Shown: one piece after another, positions 8,850 to 19,481 of the stretch
Numbering within the stretch: the stretch's first letter is position 1
Layout of the letters: the number at the start of each line of letters is the position of its first letter
Source of the DNA: Candidatus Latescibacterota bacterium
Lineage (GTDB): Bacteria > Latescibacterota > CBDEFO01
Assembly (NCBI GenBank): GCA_965237525.1
Contig: CBDEFO010000007.1
Span: forward strand, 160,001-224,000
Direction: 5' to 3'
DNA length: 64,000 nt
The notes under the pieces: generated by a model
What the model saw: only the letters and a program-made list of their open reading frames with translations
Told to the model about the DNA's origin: nothing
Database searches by the model: none
Program-made: the position numbers and the translations under genes

Positions 8850-11800
8850 ATGAAAGCGAAGGCGGTGGTTGGTCTTTTAGCGGTTGGCTTGTTCATATTC
8901 GGGATGACTTTCTCTGCGGATGCTGCCTTAACGCAAGCTGTTACGAATGACGTAGCAACCACTCCGACGCGTGAAGGCAGTGATGTGACTTACGGTGGTG
9001 CGACTCTCGCTCCAGTAACGGGGCCGGTTTCTGTCCTTAGGGTCGTCCTTCAGTCTGACGTAACAGCCGAGACTATTAGTACCGTCAAGGTGGATATAAA
9101 CAGGGTATCTGGACAAGGCCTTCCCGACTCATACGTAGCTGCCCTTACTTCTGGTGATGACAGCGGCATTGCCATATACGTGGACGATGGTGATAATGTC
9201 TTTGAGCGCGTAGCAGATACTTTTGCCGGTGCTGGGACTATCAACTTTGATCCGGTGTCCGGCAATGAAGGTATTCGTACAGTCACCATAGAAAATCCTA
9301 CTACTGACGACGGTGCCCTCCCTGTAAATCCTGGGCCGTTGACGCTATTCATCGTTGCTAGAGGTGGAAGTGATTTAGATGCCGACGATCAGTTTACGTT
9401 CAGCACGGACCTCTCAAACTGGGTATTCAGCGGGGCGACGGCAGGAACTGGAACTGCAACTGCTACTTCAGGGACCATAACCGGCGATGTAACCGCTCCT
9501 ACTATAGCTGATGGCAACGTGGTGACGCTGGACGATGACTCCGATGGACTTTTGGACGGCGTACAGATAACCTGGAGTGAGGAAATCGCCGATGTAAGCT
9601 TTACCAGCTTTTCCAGTGCGACTGCTTCTTTTGCCGTAGCAGTTGACACTGAAGTCGGGGCCTACCAAAATCGGCAGATAGCCCAAGACGGTCCTCCTCG
9701 CACTCCGGATACCATAAACAACAACGTCACCTTCATCACTTTTGATGAACAGGTAACTCTTGGGACGAAGACCCTCGATCAGCTTGATACGGACGCGACT
9801 CCCACTTTAAATATGGCTACGGCTACCGTAACGGACCTTGCAGGCAACCCCATCGCCGGTGTCTCACTTACTTCGGTTGACAAAGCCCCTCCTGTCATCT
9901 TCCAGAGCCTCTATCTGGACGCCGATGATAATGGCAGGATAGATGAGGTGCAGGTCCAGTTTTCCGAGAACATTGATGATGCTACTTTTGGCAACAACAA
10001 CGGCTGGACTGTCGCTGGGTTTAATTTCAAAGACGTTGCCAATGATCCACCTGTCCTCATAGGTGCGGCTTCTTCTGCAGATCCTCCGACTATACCAACT
10101 GAAGGCACTACAGATGTCCTCAGGCTCCTGCTTGAAGAGGAGACTGACTTCTTCAGCACCGGTATAGATCTAGCAGGGGACCAGGTGACTTACAGAGCGA
10201 CTGTTGGCGATGTAGCAGATCTAGCGACTCCGCCTAACGAGCTTAATAGCGTGTTCGTAGGAACCGCTCCGGAGGTGGACAGAGCCAGTCCGATTTTGAT
10301 TGATGCGAAAACTGGAGACATTATCGCTACCCGACCTCGAGGTCAGATTGATCGATACGAGATTAAATTCAGCGAACCTGTGGAAGCGCGAGGTGAAGAA
10401 GCCGACTTTATCCTTTTGGACGACTTTGCAGTTGACTCTCTGAACGGCAACCTCACCAACACGCTTACTCTTGTAATAAGGGAGAGAGGCTTTATCGATA
10501 CGGGAGTCACACCCGGGCTCGGCGTAAATATAGACATAGACGCTAGTCCGAATGCAGGTATTGTAGACTTGGCCAAGGATAGGTTAGGAGCGAATGCCCC
10601 GAACGGTTTGGTTGCTCCTTCGTTAAATGTAATAGCCGGCGCAGTTACCTTCAATCTAGTGCCTGACGCAAAGCGACTCGACGGCGCTCCGCCCCTGATA
10701 AGGAGGGATGCTGTGATCACGGGAGACAGCAACAGAGATGGCAGGCTCGATCGGCTACTTGTGGAGTTTACTGAGGTCATGCCCGGTGATCAGGACTATG
10801 TCAGTGGTGTCACTATCGGAGGAATTGCTCCTAGTGGAGCGTCGCGGACGGCAGTCGATCAGGTGACCTATAGGTTGACAGTAGCTCCAGGCGCCCTGCC
10901 TAACACAGGCGTTGTACTCGACTATCTCTATCGCAGCGCTAGGGGAGCCATATCAGATCCCGCCGGGCTGCAGTTGCTGGATGTCCGGAGCGCCGATATT
11001 GCGGAGCTGGATGGAGCTGCTCCGGTCCTCGTGACCGCTGTCACAGATGACGCTGACGGAGACGGAAAAATAGATAAATACGTTATCACTGCAAGTGAGC
11101 CTATATCGATAGCTGGTGGTGCGGCCTCGACAGGAATAGGCCTGAGAGTTGAGGATCGCCCCGATACACTCGCCACCCTGGATGCAACCAAGAAGATTAT
11201 CACCTTATTCTTCCGTGAAACAGCCGCGACAACGCTGGACGATTTCGATACTGGAGTGACCCCTGACGTTACTTATACTAGAGTGCAGGATGAGCGTGGC
11301 GAGATCAAGGATCTTTCAGGCCCCGGCGGTACGCCAAATATTCCTATGACGAACATACTCGACGACGACGCTGTCCTGACGGAGACTGACGGCGCGAGGC
11401 CCGTTATTGTTGTCGCTGATGATGATACCTCAAGCACAGGGGACGGAAACAGCGATGGCTTTATAGATCAGTTGACGGTGACCTTCAGCGAGCCTGTGAC
11501 GGCGGACAGCGGTAACATCGGCATAACCGTTGATAAAACTGCTTCGGGCGGCAACAAGGTAACCCTCAGTGAAGTCTTGAGCGGCGGCGGAACCAGGGCT
11601 GTGGTCTTCCGCGGAACTTCCGACAGATCCGGAAATCCCGATACGGAGGACATTCCGTTCTTTGACTACGTCGAGGCCGGATCTATTCGCGATATGTCTG
11701 CTGCTGCAAATGCACTTCGAGCTGCTGCCGATCAGATAACGATAGATGAGGCAAGGCCCGTTATTGTCTTTACGACGGGGAGGGATAAAGGACTGCGGAT

Positions 11801-14669
11801 AAAGTTCTCCGAGGCTGTACTCGGTACTGGAGTCGCAGGGGATCTGCGTGTAGCCGATCTCTTCTATGAGAATACCAACGGAGTCGGGGCCGGCGATATT
11901 GACGCTGTGGACGATGAAGCAGCAGCTGTCAATGGGGCCGATGAACTCATAACAGTCACTTTGGATAATACCCTTAGCCTTCAAGATGTGCTACAGGACT
12001 CTATATCGTTCGCTCCGTCAACTACGAATCGAGCTTTCAGCCTTGTGACGGATGCAGCGTCTGTGCCTAATCAAGCGCGCGTCATCCTCGTCACAATAGA
12101 CGATCGCATAAGTCCCACAATCACGGCCATGAGCACGGTGGACGAGGACGCAAACGGATGGATTGATCATATCAGGATCCAGCTGAGTGAGCCTGTGGAC
12201 GATTCGGGCCTTATCGGTTTTGTAACCACCGACAGCCTGTCCGCTCCCATCGGTGACCAGGGATGGGATGTGGTGGGCTATACAGGCGAGAAGTGGAACC
12301 TCTATGTCACCGGCGGCAAAGGGGCTGCTGCTGACACGGCCGTTGCTTTCGGAGATAATGCTGCAAATGACAATGTCCTCTACATACAGGTTGACGAGCA
12401 GAGCGCCGGTGGAAATGCAAAAACGGGAACAGGCGATACTGATGCTACACCTGCGTCGGTTATTGCTGCGGATACGACAGGGCCAGATGAGGCGGGTGTG
12501 AGTGTGAGCGCCTTCTCGGGATTGGTTGACTTCAAGCCTAATCCTCTGAACCTGAACACGTCGGTAACGACTCCGAGCGATAAGGTAGGTCCTGTGATTA
12601 TGGAAGCCAAGGCCTTGACAACTACGGCGGTCCTGGTGACTATGAGCGAGGACATCGATGGCGAGACTGTTCATCGGGAGGACTTTGATCTCGAAATAGC
12701 CAGCTCTCCTAACGGCACCCAGGACTCCGTTGGAGTAAGTCATGTGGCTGAGACGGAGCCGGGGATTGTCAAAGTAAGAGTTAAACAGACTGATGAATGG
12801 TACCCGGATTTAGGTGGACAGATAACTGTTGCAGTTGGCTCTATTGCAGATGTCCCTGGAAACGTGAATCCAGAAACCGATACTGCGTTTGTTCCTGTTG
12901 TCGCATTCGCACCCACAGTCGCAGTCACACCCACAATAGATGCTCCCGATACTCTGGCAGTTAGAGACAGGCCCGGCGATCAGGGAGGTGTCGTGATTGT
13001 GGAGTTCGACGCATCTGCTAATCACCCGGGGATAGGCCTGCAAAATATAGTGGATGCATACGTGCTGGAGCGGGAGATGGATGACGGCACCGGAACAGTT
13101 AAGTTCATAGTGATCCAACTGCTGGCAGCCGTACCAGGAGAGAATCCTATCATCCGTCAGGTCTTCCTTGGCGACGCTTTGCAGACGAACTACAGAGTAA
13201 AGGCTGTGTCTGGAGTAACCGTCTCTGGACCGTCTGCCAAGCAGGCCGGCTCCAACAGCGTTCTGGTCGCAGAGGCCCAGAGCGGAGATGCCATAGATAA
13301 TAGGATATCTGCATTCTCGGTGTATAGCCCGACCGCTATTGGCCAAGCTCTGGACGATCTGGCTCCTGCTGCTGTGGCAGCGTTCACTGCTCAGGATGCT
13401 CCCGACGACGACGGCGGGGCTATTAAGCTAACGTGGACACCGTCTGAGGACGACAAATTGGTTGAGGCGTTCTCAACGGGAGGACGTATGGTTCCGCTCT
13501 TTGGAGTTACCAGTTACAAGATCATGCGTAAGACTCCTGCTGAGGCCGATTTTTCGCTGATCGGTACGGCGCTTCCGGGATCTAACTCGTTCGTGGATAA
13601 CACGGCTGTGACAGGTACAACTTACGAATATAAGGTCATAGCTGCAGATACACAGAACGACGCCGAGCCGGACTTCACCAGGAAGGCATCTGCCATCAGA
13701 AACACTAATGTGGTAGATGAAAGTGGCCAGCCTGTGTTCGGATACTTCGGACCGGACGACGGCGAAGTCGGCTTAAACGACTTTGTGACGTTCCTGGATA
13801 AGTTCGGAATAGGAGAAGATTCAGAGAGCTTCGAGCCGGCGTTGGATATAGACGCCGACGGCGACATCGGTCTTTCTGACTTCGTGATCTTTTTGGACAA
13901 CTTCGGGAAGCCGGTCGTCACAGCTTCCGGTAAGGCTCTGCCTCCTCAAGTGGGCGCGAACAAAGATGCAAAGATGTCGCTCTCCCTTGCCAGTGATGTC
14001 GTGAGGGCCGGAACGGAGATAATCATCGATGCCTCGGTGTCGAGTGTGACGAATCTCAAGGGATACAGCTTCGCTTTAAGCTACGATCCTGACAAATTTG
14101 AGTTTGTAGGCGCCGAAAGCGGCCAGGACAATTTACTGAACATCAACGGTGGAGCGACTCCGCTGTTCCTTTCAAAGTCGGATGAGCCGGGCAAGGTGAA
14201 TCTGGCAAACGGTATTTCTGATGACGATCTTGCCAGCGGCGAAGGTTTAACCGCCGAGATCACGTTCAGAGTTAAATCCGACTTTGAGGACGACGTGAGC
14301 ATCGCCATAATTGACGGCGAGATTATTGACGGCTTCTATCTCCTTAACAACGTTAGGGAGATGGGATCTTTGACCGTAGCGATAACTCCTGACAGATATG
14401 ACCTTGCTCAGAACTATCCCAACCCGTTCAACCCCAGTACGACTATCGAGTACGCCCTGCCCAAGACCTCGTCCGTACAGCTGACGATCTACAACGTGGC
14501 TGGACAGGCTGCAAGGACGCTTGTAGACGATCGGCAGAAGGCGGGAAGCTACTCGGTGGAGTGGGACGGTAGGGATAACAGCGGACGTCAGATGGCAAGC
14601 GGTATATACTTTTACAACATCAAGGCGGACGACTTCCAGTCAGTCCGGAAAATGGTATTAGTAAAATAA
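8850..14669 (+). CDS. Giant secreted surface protein: ~9 Ig-like repeats, FN3-like, dockerin-like EF-hand pair, cohesin-like, FlgD/T9SS-type C-terminal domain
   Basis: RBS GGAGG then MKAKAVVGLLAVGLFIFGMTFSADA signal peptide. Repeated DxxxPxI...DxDGxID....FSE units, DGEVGLNDFVTF/DIDADGDIGLSDFVIF, NLKGYSFALSYDPDKFEF, and the tail LAQNYPNPFNPSTTI...WDGRD...SGIYFY...KMVLVK. Confidence 0.88.
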   Translation: MKAKAVVGLLAVGLFIFGMTFSADAALTQAVTNDVATTPTREGSDVTYGGATLAPVTGPVSVLRVVLQSDVTAETISTVKVDINRVSGQGLPDSYVAALTSGDDSGIAIYVDDGDNVFERVADTFAGAGTINFDPVSGNEGIRTVTIENPTTDDGALPVNPGPLTLFIVARGGSDLDADDQFTFSTDLSNWVFSGATAGTGTATATSGTITGDVTAPTIADGNVVTLDDDSDGLLDGVQITWSEEIADVSFTSFSSATASFAVAVDTEVGAYQNRQIAQDGPPRTPDTINNNVTFITFDEQVTLGTKTLDQLDTDATPTLNMATATVTDLAGNPIAGVSLTSVDKAPPVIFQSLYLDADDNGRIDEVQVQFSENIDDATFGNNNGWTVAGFNFKDVANDPPVLIGAASSADPPTIPTEGTTDVLRLLLEEETDFFSTGIDLAGDQVTYRATVGDVADLATPPNELNSVFVGTAPEVDRASPILIDAKTGDIIATRPRGQIDRYEIKFSEPVEARGEEADFILLDDFAVDSLNGNLTNTLTLVIRERGFIDTGVTPGLGVNIDIDASPNAGIVDLAKDRLGANAPNGLVAPSLNVIAGAVTFNLVPDAKRLDGAPPLIRRDAVITGDSNRDGRLDRLLVEFTEVMPGDQDYVSGVTIGGIAPSGASRTAVDQVTYRLTVAPGALPNTGVVLDYLYRSARGAISDPAGLQLLDVRSADIAELDGAAPVLVTAVTDDADGDGKIDKYVITASEPISIAGGAASTGIGLRVEDRPDTLATLDATKKIITLFFRETAATTLDDFDTGVTPDVTYTRVQDERGEIKDLSGPGGTPNIPMTNILDDDAVLTETDGARPVIVVADDDTSSTGDGNSDGFIDQLTVTFSEPVTADSGNIGITVDKTASGGNKVTLSEVLSGGGTRAVVFRGTSDRSGNPDTEDIPFFDYVEAGSIRDMSAAANALRAAADQITIDEARPVIVFTTGRDKGLRIKFSEAVLGTGVAGDLRVADLFYENTNGVGAGDIDAVDDEAAAVNGADELITVTLDNTLSLQDVLQDSISFAPSTTNRAFSLVTDAASVPNQARVILVTIDDRISPTITAMSTVDEDANGWIDHIRIQLSEPVDDSGLIGFVTTDSLSAPIGDQGWDVVGYTGEKWNLYVTGGKGAAADTAVAFGDNAANDNVLYIQVDEQSAGGNAKTGTGDTDATPASVIAADTTGPDEAGVSVSAFSGLVDFKPNPLNLNTSVTTPSDKVGPVIMEAKALTTTAVLVTMSEDIDGETVHREDFDLEIASSPNGTQDSVGVSHVAETEPGIVKVRVKQTDEWYPDLGGQITVAVGSIADVPGNVNPETDTAFVPVVAFAPTVAVTPTIDAPDTLAVRDRPGDQGGVVIVEFDASANHPGIGLQNIVDAYVLEREMDDGTGTVKFIVIQLLAAVPGENPIIRQVFLGDALQTNYRVKAVSGVTVSGPSAKQAGSNSVLVAEAQSGDAIDNRISAFSVYSPTAIGQALDDLAPAAVAAFTAQDAPDDDGGAIKLTWTPSEDDKLVEAFSTGGRMVPLFGVTSYKIMRKTPAEADFSLIGTALPGSNSFVDNTAVTGTTYEYKVIAADTQNDAEPDFTRKASAIRNTNVVDESGQPVFGYFGPDDGEVGLNDFVTFLDKFGIGEDSESFEPALDIDADGDIGLSDFVIFLDNFGKPVVTASGKALPPQVGANKDAKMSLSLASDVVRAGTEIIIDASVSSVTNLKGYSFALSYDPDKFEFVGAESGQDNLLNINGGATPLFLSKSDEPGKVNLANGISDDDLASGEGLTAEITFRVKSDFEDDVSIAIIDGEIIDGFYLLNNVREMGSLTVAITPDRYDLAQNYPNPFNPSTTIEYALPKTSSVQLTIYNVAGQAARTLVDDRQKAGSYSVEWDGRDNSGRQMASGIYFYNIKADDFQSVRKMVLVK

Positions 14670-14695
14670 CCTTGAGTCTGTAAGGAGGAGTCATC

Positions 14696-14740
14696 GGGAG
14701 TCCCCCCTGGTAGACCTTTTGGAGGGACTCCCATTTCTTG
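14696..14740 (+). terminator. Intergenic hairpin (terminator/attenuator)
   Basis: GGGAGTCCC...GGGACTCCC stem followed by ATTTCTT. Confidence 0.5.
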
Positions 14741-14775
14741 GGTACCTTTCAAGCTTTAACAAGAGGGGTGATACG

Positions 14776-15429
14776 ATGGCAAGATTAACGATTATAGGAG
14801 GTGTTGCCCTCTGGGTCTTATGCGCGGTTGGTATGGCTTCTGCCGGGCAGAATTCGGGGGCTACCATAGTTTTGGATCTTGATGCCGCAACTGCAGGCAA
14901 TCAGGCCAACGACCTTCAGCAGAACGTCGGAGCGAGTGAGGCTGTTGACATAGCGGTTTACGTCACAGGAGCGCAGAATCTGAAGGCATATCAGGTAGAC
15001 CTCATGTTCGACACGACTAAGGTTGAGTGGAATTCTGCCCTTACGGGCGATGCGTTTGGTAGAGAGGAGACGAACTTTCTGGGTTCGGAGGGAGGGGCAT
15101 TTGTCTTCGGGAACCTTCTTAAGGCGGGTACGACAGACGTAGTCAGAATACTAAACGGAATTACCGGCGCGACAGAAGCAAACGCCCCTGAGGGGGATGG
15201 CCTCATAGGTGTTATCAGCTTTACAACACTGGGAGGATTTGACACCAACGCTGATGCAATCTTCACAGTGGTGTTCTTTGAGTTTTCAGATACGAATAAT
15301 GACCTGGACACATTCGACATGCCCTCGCCTCATGACCCTGGTATTCGCGTTTTCCTAAATAAGAGAACAGCGGTTGAAGCCGACACTTGGGGGAGGGTAA
15401 AGGAGCTATTTTCGGGTCTGCTCAGGTAG
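14776..15429 (+). CDS. Secreted cohesin-like protein with C-terminal TWGRVK tail
   Basis: RBS GAGGGG, signal peptide, VDIAVYVTGAQNLKAYQVDLMFD...GDGLIGVISF; ends TAVEADTWGRVKELFSGLLR. Confidence 0.75.
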   Translation: MARLTIIGGVALWVLCAVGMASAGQNSGATIVLDLDAATAGNQANDLQQNVGASEAVDIAVYVTGAQNLKAYQVDLMFDTTKVEWNSALTGDAFGREETNFLGSEGGAFVFGNLLKAGTTDVVRILNGITGATEANAPEGDGLIGVISFTTLGGFDTNADAIFTVVFFEFSDTNNDLDTFDMPSPHDPGIRVFLNKRTAVEADTWGRVKELFSGLLR

Positions 15430-15660
15430 GCTATCTTGTACGGAATAGTAAGATATAGGCTTGCTTGAGACCTTATGAACATCCTCAAGAAGGCACAGAT
15501 GGAGATCGAGGCCGAGCGGCGAGCGCTTGAGTTCTCACTTACTTGACTTTTAAGGCTGATTTTCGTATCCTACACGTGGCCACAACTCTAGCGGCAGGTT
15601 CGGCGTGGGCCCGCTGCGGAGGAAACTGCTACTACTTACTTTCTAGAAAGGGAGATAATC

Positions 15661-16638
15661 GTGAAAAAGACCTCAATCCTGGTGGCTCTTCTTGTCGTGG
15701 CGCTCGGAGGCGTGCCGAGCCCGGCGCAAGGGCAGGGCTGGTATCTGGGGAGCGAACTGGGCGGGCATGTGGTCCCGGCCTTGGGCTTCACCGGGCTGTC
15801 CAACGACGTAGCGAGTGTGTGTGACGAGTTTATCAATCCGGAATATGCAACGGTGACACAGACGGCGGGATATGAAGCCTACAACTGCACGGGACCGGAT
15901 CGCAGTGATGACTGGGCTAATGAGTTCGCCAGGGCCACGGGCCTCCAGGCCAGCTGGGTGCTGGGGTATCGCTTCGGGGCCGACGCCTCTGGCCCGCGGT
16001 GGCACCACGTGCGGACGGAGATGGAATACTTCTACCGAGCCACCGCCTACGACCAGAGCGAAGCCGTTCCCGGCATCGGCGGTGGCTCGGGCAGCGTCAC
16101 CGCCGACAAGCTGAATCAAGAAATTCGGAAGGCGACGGACTACCTCGGCCGTGTGACCGCGCACACCCTGTTTGCCAACCTGTATTGGGACGTTCGGACG
16201 CGCAGTCGGCTCACGCCCTATGTCGGCGTGGGTGTGGGGATCGGGTGGACGGCGGTGTCCTACGGCAGTCTGTGGTCGAGGAACGCCAATGCCACGGCGA
16301 TTACCACCGGCGAGGGGCTGCCCAACGTGGACGAGATTCGCCAGAACCTAGCAGCCACGACAAGTAGCTTCCAGGGCATCCTGTCCGACAAGCTGATCAG
16401 CGAGCAGGTGCTGGTCGGAGTGAACTACGCGCTCACCGAGGGTCTGTCGGTGGGTGTCAAGGGTCGCTGGGTCCACGTTGCGGCCTTCGAGAGTCCCCAA
16501 GGCAGCCTCATCTGGGATCCGCTGCGTAGTCACGTCCCCAATCTGCGGCGCGATGGGAGCGAACCCGTCACGGGGCAGGTGCTGACCGACGCCAGCACGC
16601 TCTGGGATGTGGGCCTGAGTCTCACGTACCACTTGTAA
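15661..16638 (+). CDS. Outer-membrane beta-barrel protein (opacity/P44-like), transposon cargo
   Basis: Signal peptide, GWYLGSELG, LFANLYWD, LTPYVGVGVG and C-terminal GLSLTYHL. Visibly more GC-rich than the flanks. Confidence 0.75.
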   Translation: MKKTSILVALLVVALGGVPSPAQGQGWYLGSELGGHVVPALGFTGLSNDVASVCDEFINPEYATVTQTAGYEAYNCTGPDRSDDWANEFARATGLQASWVLGYRFGADASGPRWHHVRTEMEYFYRATAYDQSEAVPGIGGGSGSVTADKLNQEIRKATDYLGRVTAHTLFANLYWDVRTRSRLTPYVGVGVGIGWTAVSYGSLWSRNANATAITTGEGLPNVDEIRQNLAATTSSFQGILSDKLISEQVLVGVNYALTEGLSVGVKGRWVHVAAFESPQGSLIWDPLRSHVPNLRRDGSEPVTGQVLTDASTLWDVGLSLTYHL

Positions 16639-16744
16639 AGCGGGACGCTGGGTCCCCGGCTCGCCGGCCACCCCCTTCCACGGGGAGGTCCACCGTAAAG
16701 CGCGCCTCGTAGCCAGTAAGGGTGTGCCGAACGGCAACGATGCC

Positions 16745-18400
16745 TTAGGGGGCGCTCAGCGCCTCGGGCGTGGCCTTCCACAACGGAATAGCAAGATATG
16801 GGCTTGCTTGAGACCTTAGCAAGTTGTAGTGGTACCGTGTGCAAATTGTCTTCGACGGCAAGTCCAGTTTGATCTGTTGCTTGTGTTCCTTACGCCCCAA
16901 CCATAGGGAGTAGGGAGTATCGAAGGTTTTCCCCTCAAATATCTCGGCTACCGTCAATAACAGCATCCTGGGAAACAGACGCCCCTTGGCCTCCAAATGT
17001 CCAGCTTTAGCCATTTCCCTATGAAAATTGCGTTCTTTGGTTTGGCCCAGAGGTTCAAGTATAATCAGGCCAGCCATTAAGGCGCCCCAACCCTCAAGGA
17101 CTCCACGAAGTCGCTGCACAGCGGCCGTCCCGACATTCCTTCCGCCCTTGACCTAAATAATCATGCTTTGAAGCTCGCCTTCTTCTTCTAGCTCAAAATA
17201 CAAACGTCCATCTACTCCACCGTCCGCCGTGTTCTTGTCTGTTACAAAGCCGTCTACCGTTTCAACCGCCCAGGTTTGGAACGTGTACTTATCCTGCTCC
17301 CAGAGATGCCTTGCGCCCTCTACATTCTCAGGAAGTCCATCTATTTCAAAGTCACGTCCTTCTTTCAGGCCAGGACGATCTTTCAATCTGATTGCGGACA
17401 CTCGCTTAATGGCGTGTATGGCAATGTCCGTACCGATCCATTGGCGACCTGGTCTGTGCGCTGCCTCTAAAGTGCTTCCGCAGCCGCAGAAGGGATCAAA
17501 AATAACATCTCCCTTTTTACTGCTCGCCTCTATAATTCTATGCATAAGTTTCAGTGGTTTTTGCGTAGCATAGCCTGGCCTCTCTTTTGATCCGGGATTC
17601 AGAGGGTCAATCTCCCAAACATCAGGGCAGGGCCTATCTCCCGTTTTCTTCGTCTGATCTACTCTTTCCAGTTCAGGGGAAAGCCGACCGGATGATATTG
17701 CGCCTTCAACTTTTCTTTTATTGTAAACTCTTATTCTTGAACCTCTTTCCCCATTTCTTTCAATGGTATCTGTGCCCCAGCCGCGCTCTATATCTTTTCT
17801 TACTCGATCCCCTGGAACAGTTAAAACCTTGAAGGTGTGCTTGTCGGTTTTCGTGTAGAACAGAATTACATCATGTTGAGACTGCCATTTTTTGGCTTTC
17901 GCCGGCCATCTATTTTTATAATACCAAGTAATTTCGTTGCGGAAATTAGAGTGATGAAAGATAGAATCCATCATCACCTTGACATAATGACTTGCCGTGG
18001 GATCACAGTGCAAATATATCGATCCAGTAGGTTTTATAATGCGCTTGATCCAAATTAATCTTTCTGTCATATAGGCAAGATAGGCCAGCAATTCGGGTTG
18101 CGTCTCCCTAAGAGCATTCATCCATAAACGCCAGAACTCAGTAACGCTATCTTCAATGCCTGACTCCCTCATCAACACGGGCATCTGTCGAATGATGCGC
18201 TCCTTATCTTGATCGAGTGTCCAGGCATCATTGAACGCCCTTACTTGATCTGGCAAGAGCCGTCCCGTCTCATCCTTGTAGATGCTATTGTAGGCACTTT
18301 GGGAATTGAACGGCGGATCGAGGTAGACCAGATCAACACTGGCCAAGCGGATCTTATCCCTGATAATGGTGAGGCAATCCCCGAAGTAAAGGCGATTCAC
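16745..18400 (-). pseudogene. N6/N4 DNA methyltransferase fused to a C-terminal Mrr-like endonuclease domain; interrupted by an in-frame TAG at 17153
   Basis: VYLDPPFNS, YATQKP, FDPFCGCGST, then ADGGVDGRLYF...SMII*VKGG continuing in frame into ORF 16745-17119. GTG start overlaps the transposase stop. Confidence 0.85.
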
Positions 18401-19272
18401 GAGAAGCACGCCACCAGAAAGTTCTCAAAAGCATGATTGCTTTTGCGGTGGTTGTACTTAAAGCAGGCCTTAGGGACATAGAGGGGCATGTAACGCTTTG
18501 AATAGTGATGGTGCGATCCATACCAAGCCCGTTTTAGCAGCGACCAGACACCCTCTGTCGTATTGGTATGAATACCGCCCTCGGCATAGGTTTGACTGTG
18601 GTCGATTACTGAACGGGAGACGAACTTCTCAACCGCATTATAGGCGCGATATTCGTCTGTGATGAGGTGGGAACCGGCAGGATCTACAGTACCTTTGATG
18701 AATTTCAAGACGCCCTTGCCGGTTAGGTCTTTGGCTGCTTGGGCAACTACGCGGCCGCCGCGTTCTACGGCCCCGATAACTGGCGTTTTGCTGGTGCCAC
18801 GGCCCCTTGGATGCTGGGTCTTGTCGTTGCGGTGCCGCTTTCGAGGCTTCCCGCCGACATAGGTTTCGTCAGCTTCTATGCTGCGATGTAACATTCTGGC
18901 GCCGTGCTTAGACGTCATTTCGGAACGGATGCGCTCTTGCATGAAAAGTGCCGTTTGGTGTGTCAATTCAAGGTCTCTGGCAAGCTGGTAGCTCGACAAG
19001 GATTTCTTGGCATTGACCATCAACCCGATAGCCATGAACCATTTTTGAAGGGGGACTTTCGTCTTGCTCAGGATGGTGCCGGACAATACATTGAAGCTTG
19101 ACTTGCAGTTGTGGCAATTCCATCGACCTATGCGGTCGCCGTCCATCCTGCGCTCAACCCTGGGGTTTTCGCAATGCGGACAAGTTGGAACGCCGCACCA
19201 GCGCACTTTTTCAAGGTGCTCAATGCAAGCTTCCTGATCAGGGAAAAGGCTAAAAACGGTGAGTAAATTCAT
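18397..19272 (-). CDS. IS1595-family transposase
   Basis: CPHC/CHNC zinc ribbon, EADETYVGG, LITDEY, HTNTTEG and RAWYGSHH. Confidence 0.95.
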   Translation of the reverse strand: MNLLTVFSLFPDQEACIEHLEKVRWCGVPTCPHCENPRVERRMDGDRIGRWNCHNCKSSFNVLSGTILSKTKVPLQKWFMAIGLMVNAKKSLSSYQLARDLELTHQTALFMQERIRSEMTSKHGARMLHRSIEADETYVGGKPRKRHRNDKTQHPRGRGTSKTPVIGAVERGGRVVAQAAKDLTGKGVLKFIKGTVDPAGSHLITDEYRAYNAVEKFVSRSVIDHSQTYAEGGIHTNTTEGVWSLLKRAWYGSHHHYSKRYMPLYVPKACFKYNHRKSNHAFENFLVACFS

Positions 19273-19415
19273 GGCTGATCTCCTTTACAATTAAGATACA
19301 AAAATCAGCCTTAAAAGTCAAGCCCATATCTTGCTATTCCGATCTTGTATTACAATAATCGCTGTTGGAAATAACCACGCCTCAGGTCATCGTCTCCATC
19401 TAAAGCAGTACAGTT

Positions 19416-19444
19416 AAAAAGGCTATGTTGTGACATAGCCTTTT
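19416..19444. terminator. Bidirectional terminator-like hairpin
   Basis: AAAAAGGCTATGT-TGTG-ACATAGCCTTTT. Confidence 0.75.
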
Positions 19445-19481
19445 CATTTTGATGCACTGTGGACTTATGCCAAGCCTACTT

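Larger units (their letters stand above)
15441..19341 (-). mobile_element. IS1595-family cargo transposon with three terminal-repeat copies and an 8-bp target duplication
   Basis: IR CGGAATAGCAAGATATGGGCTTG at 16784 (+) and 19319-19341 (inverted), and a 33/35 copy of the 16784 end at 15441. ATCTTGTA is duplicated at 15433-15440 and 19342-19349. Confidence 0.9.
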
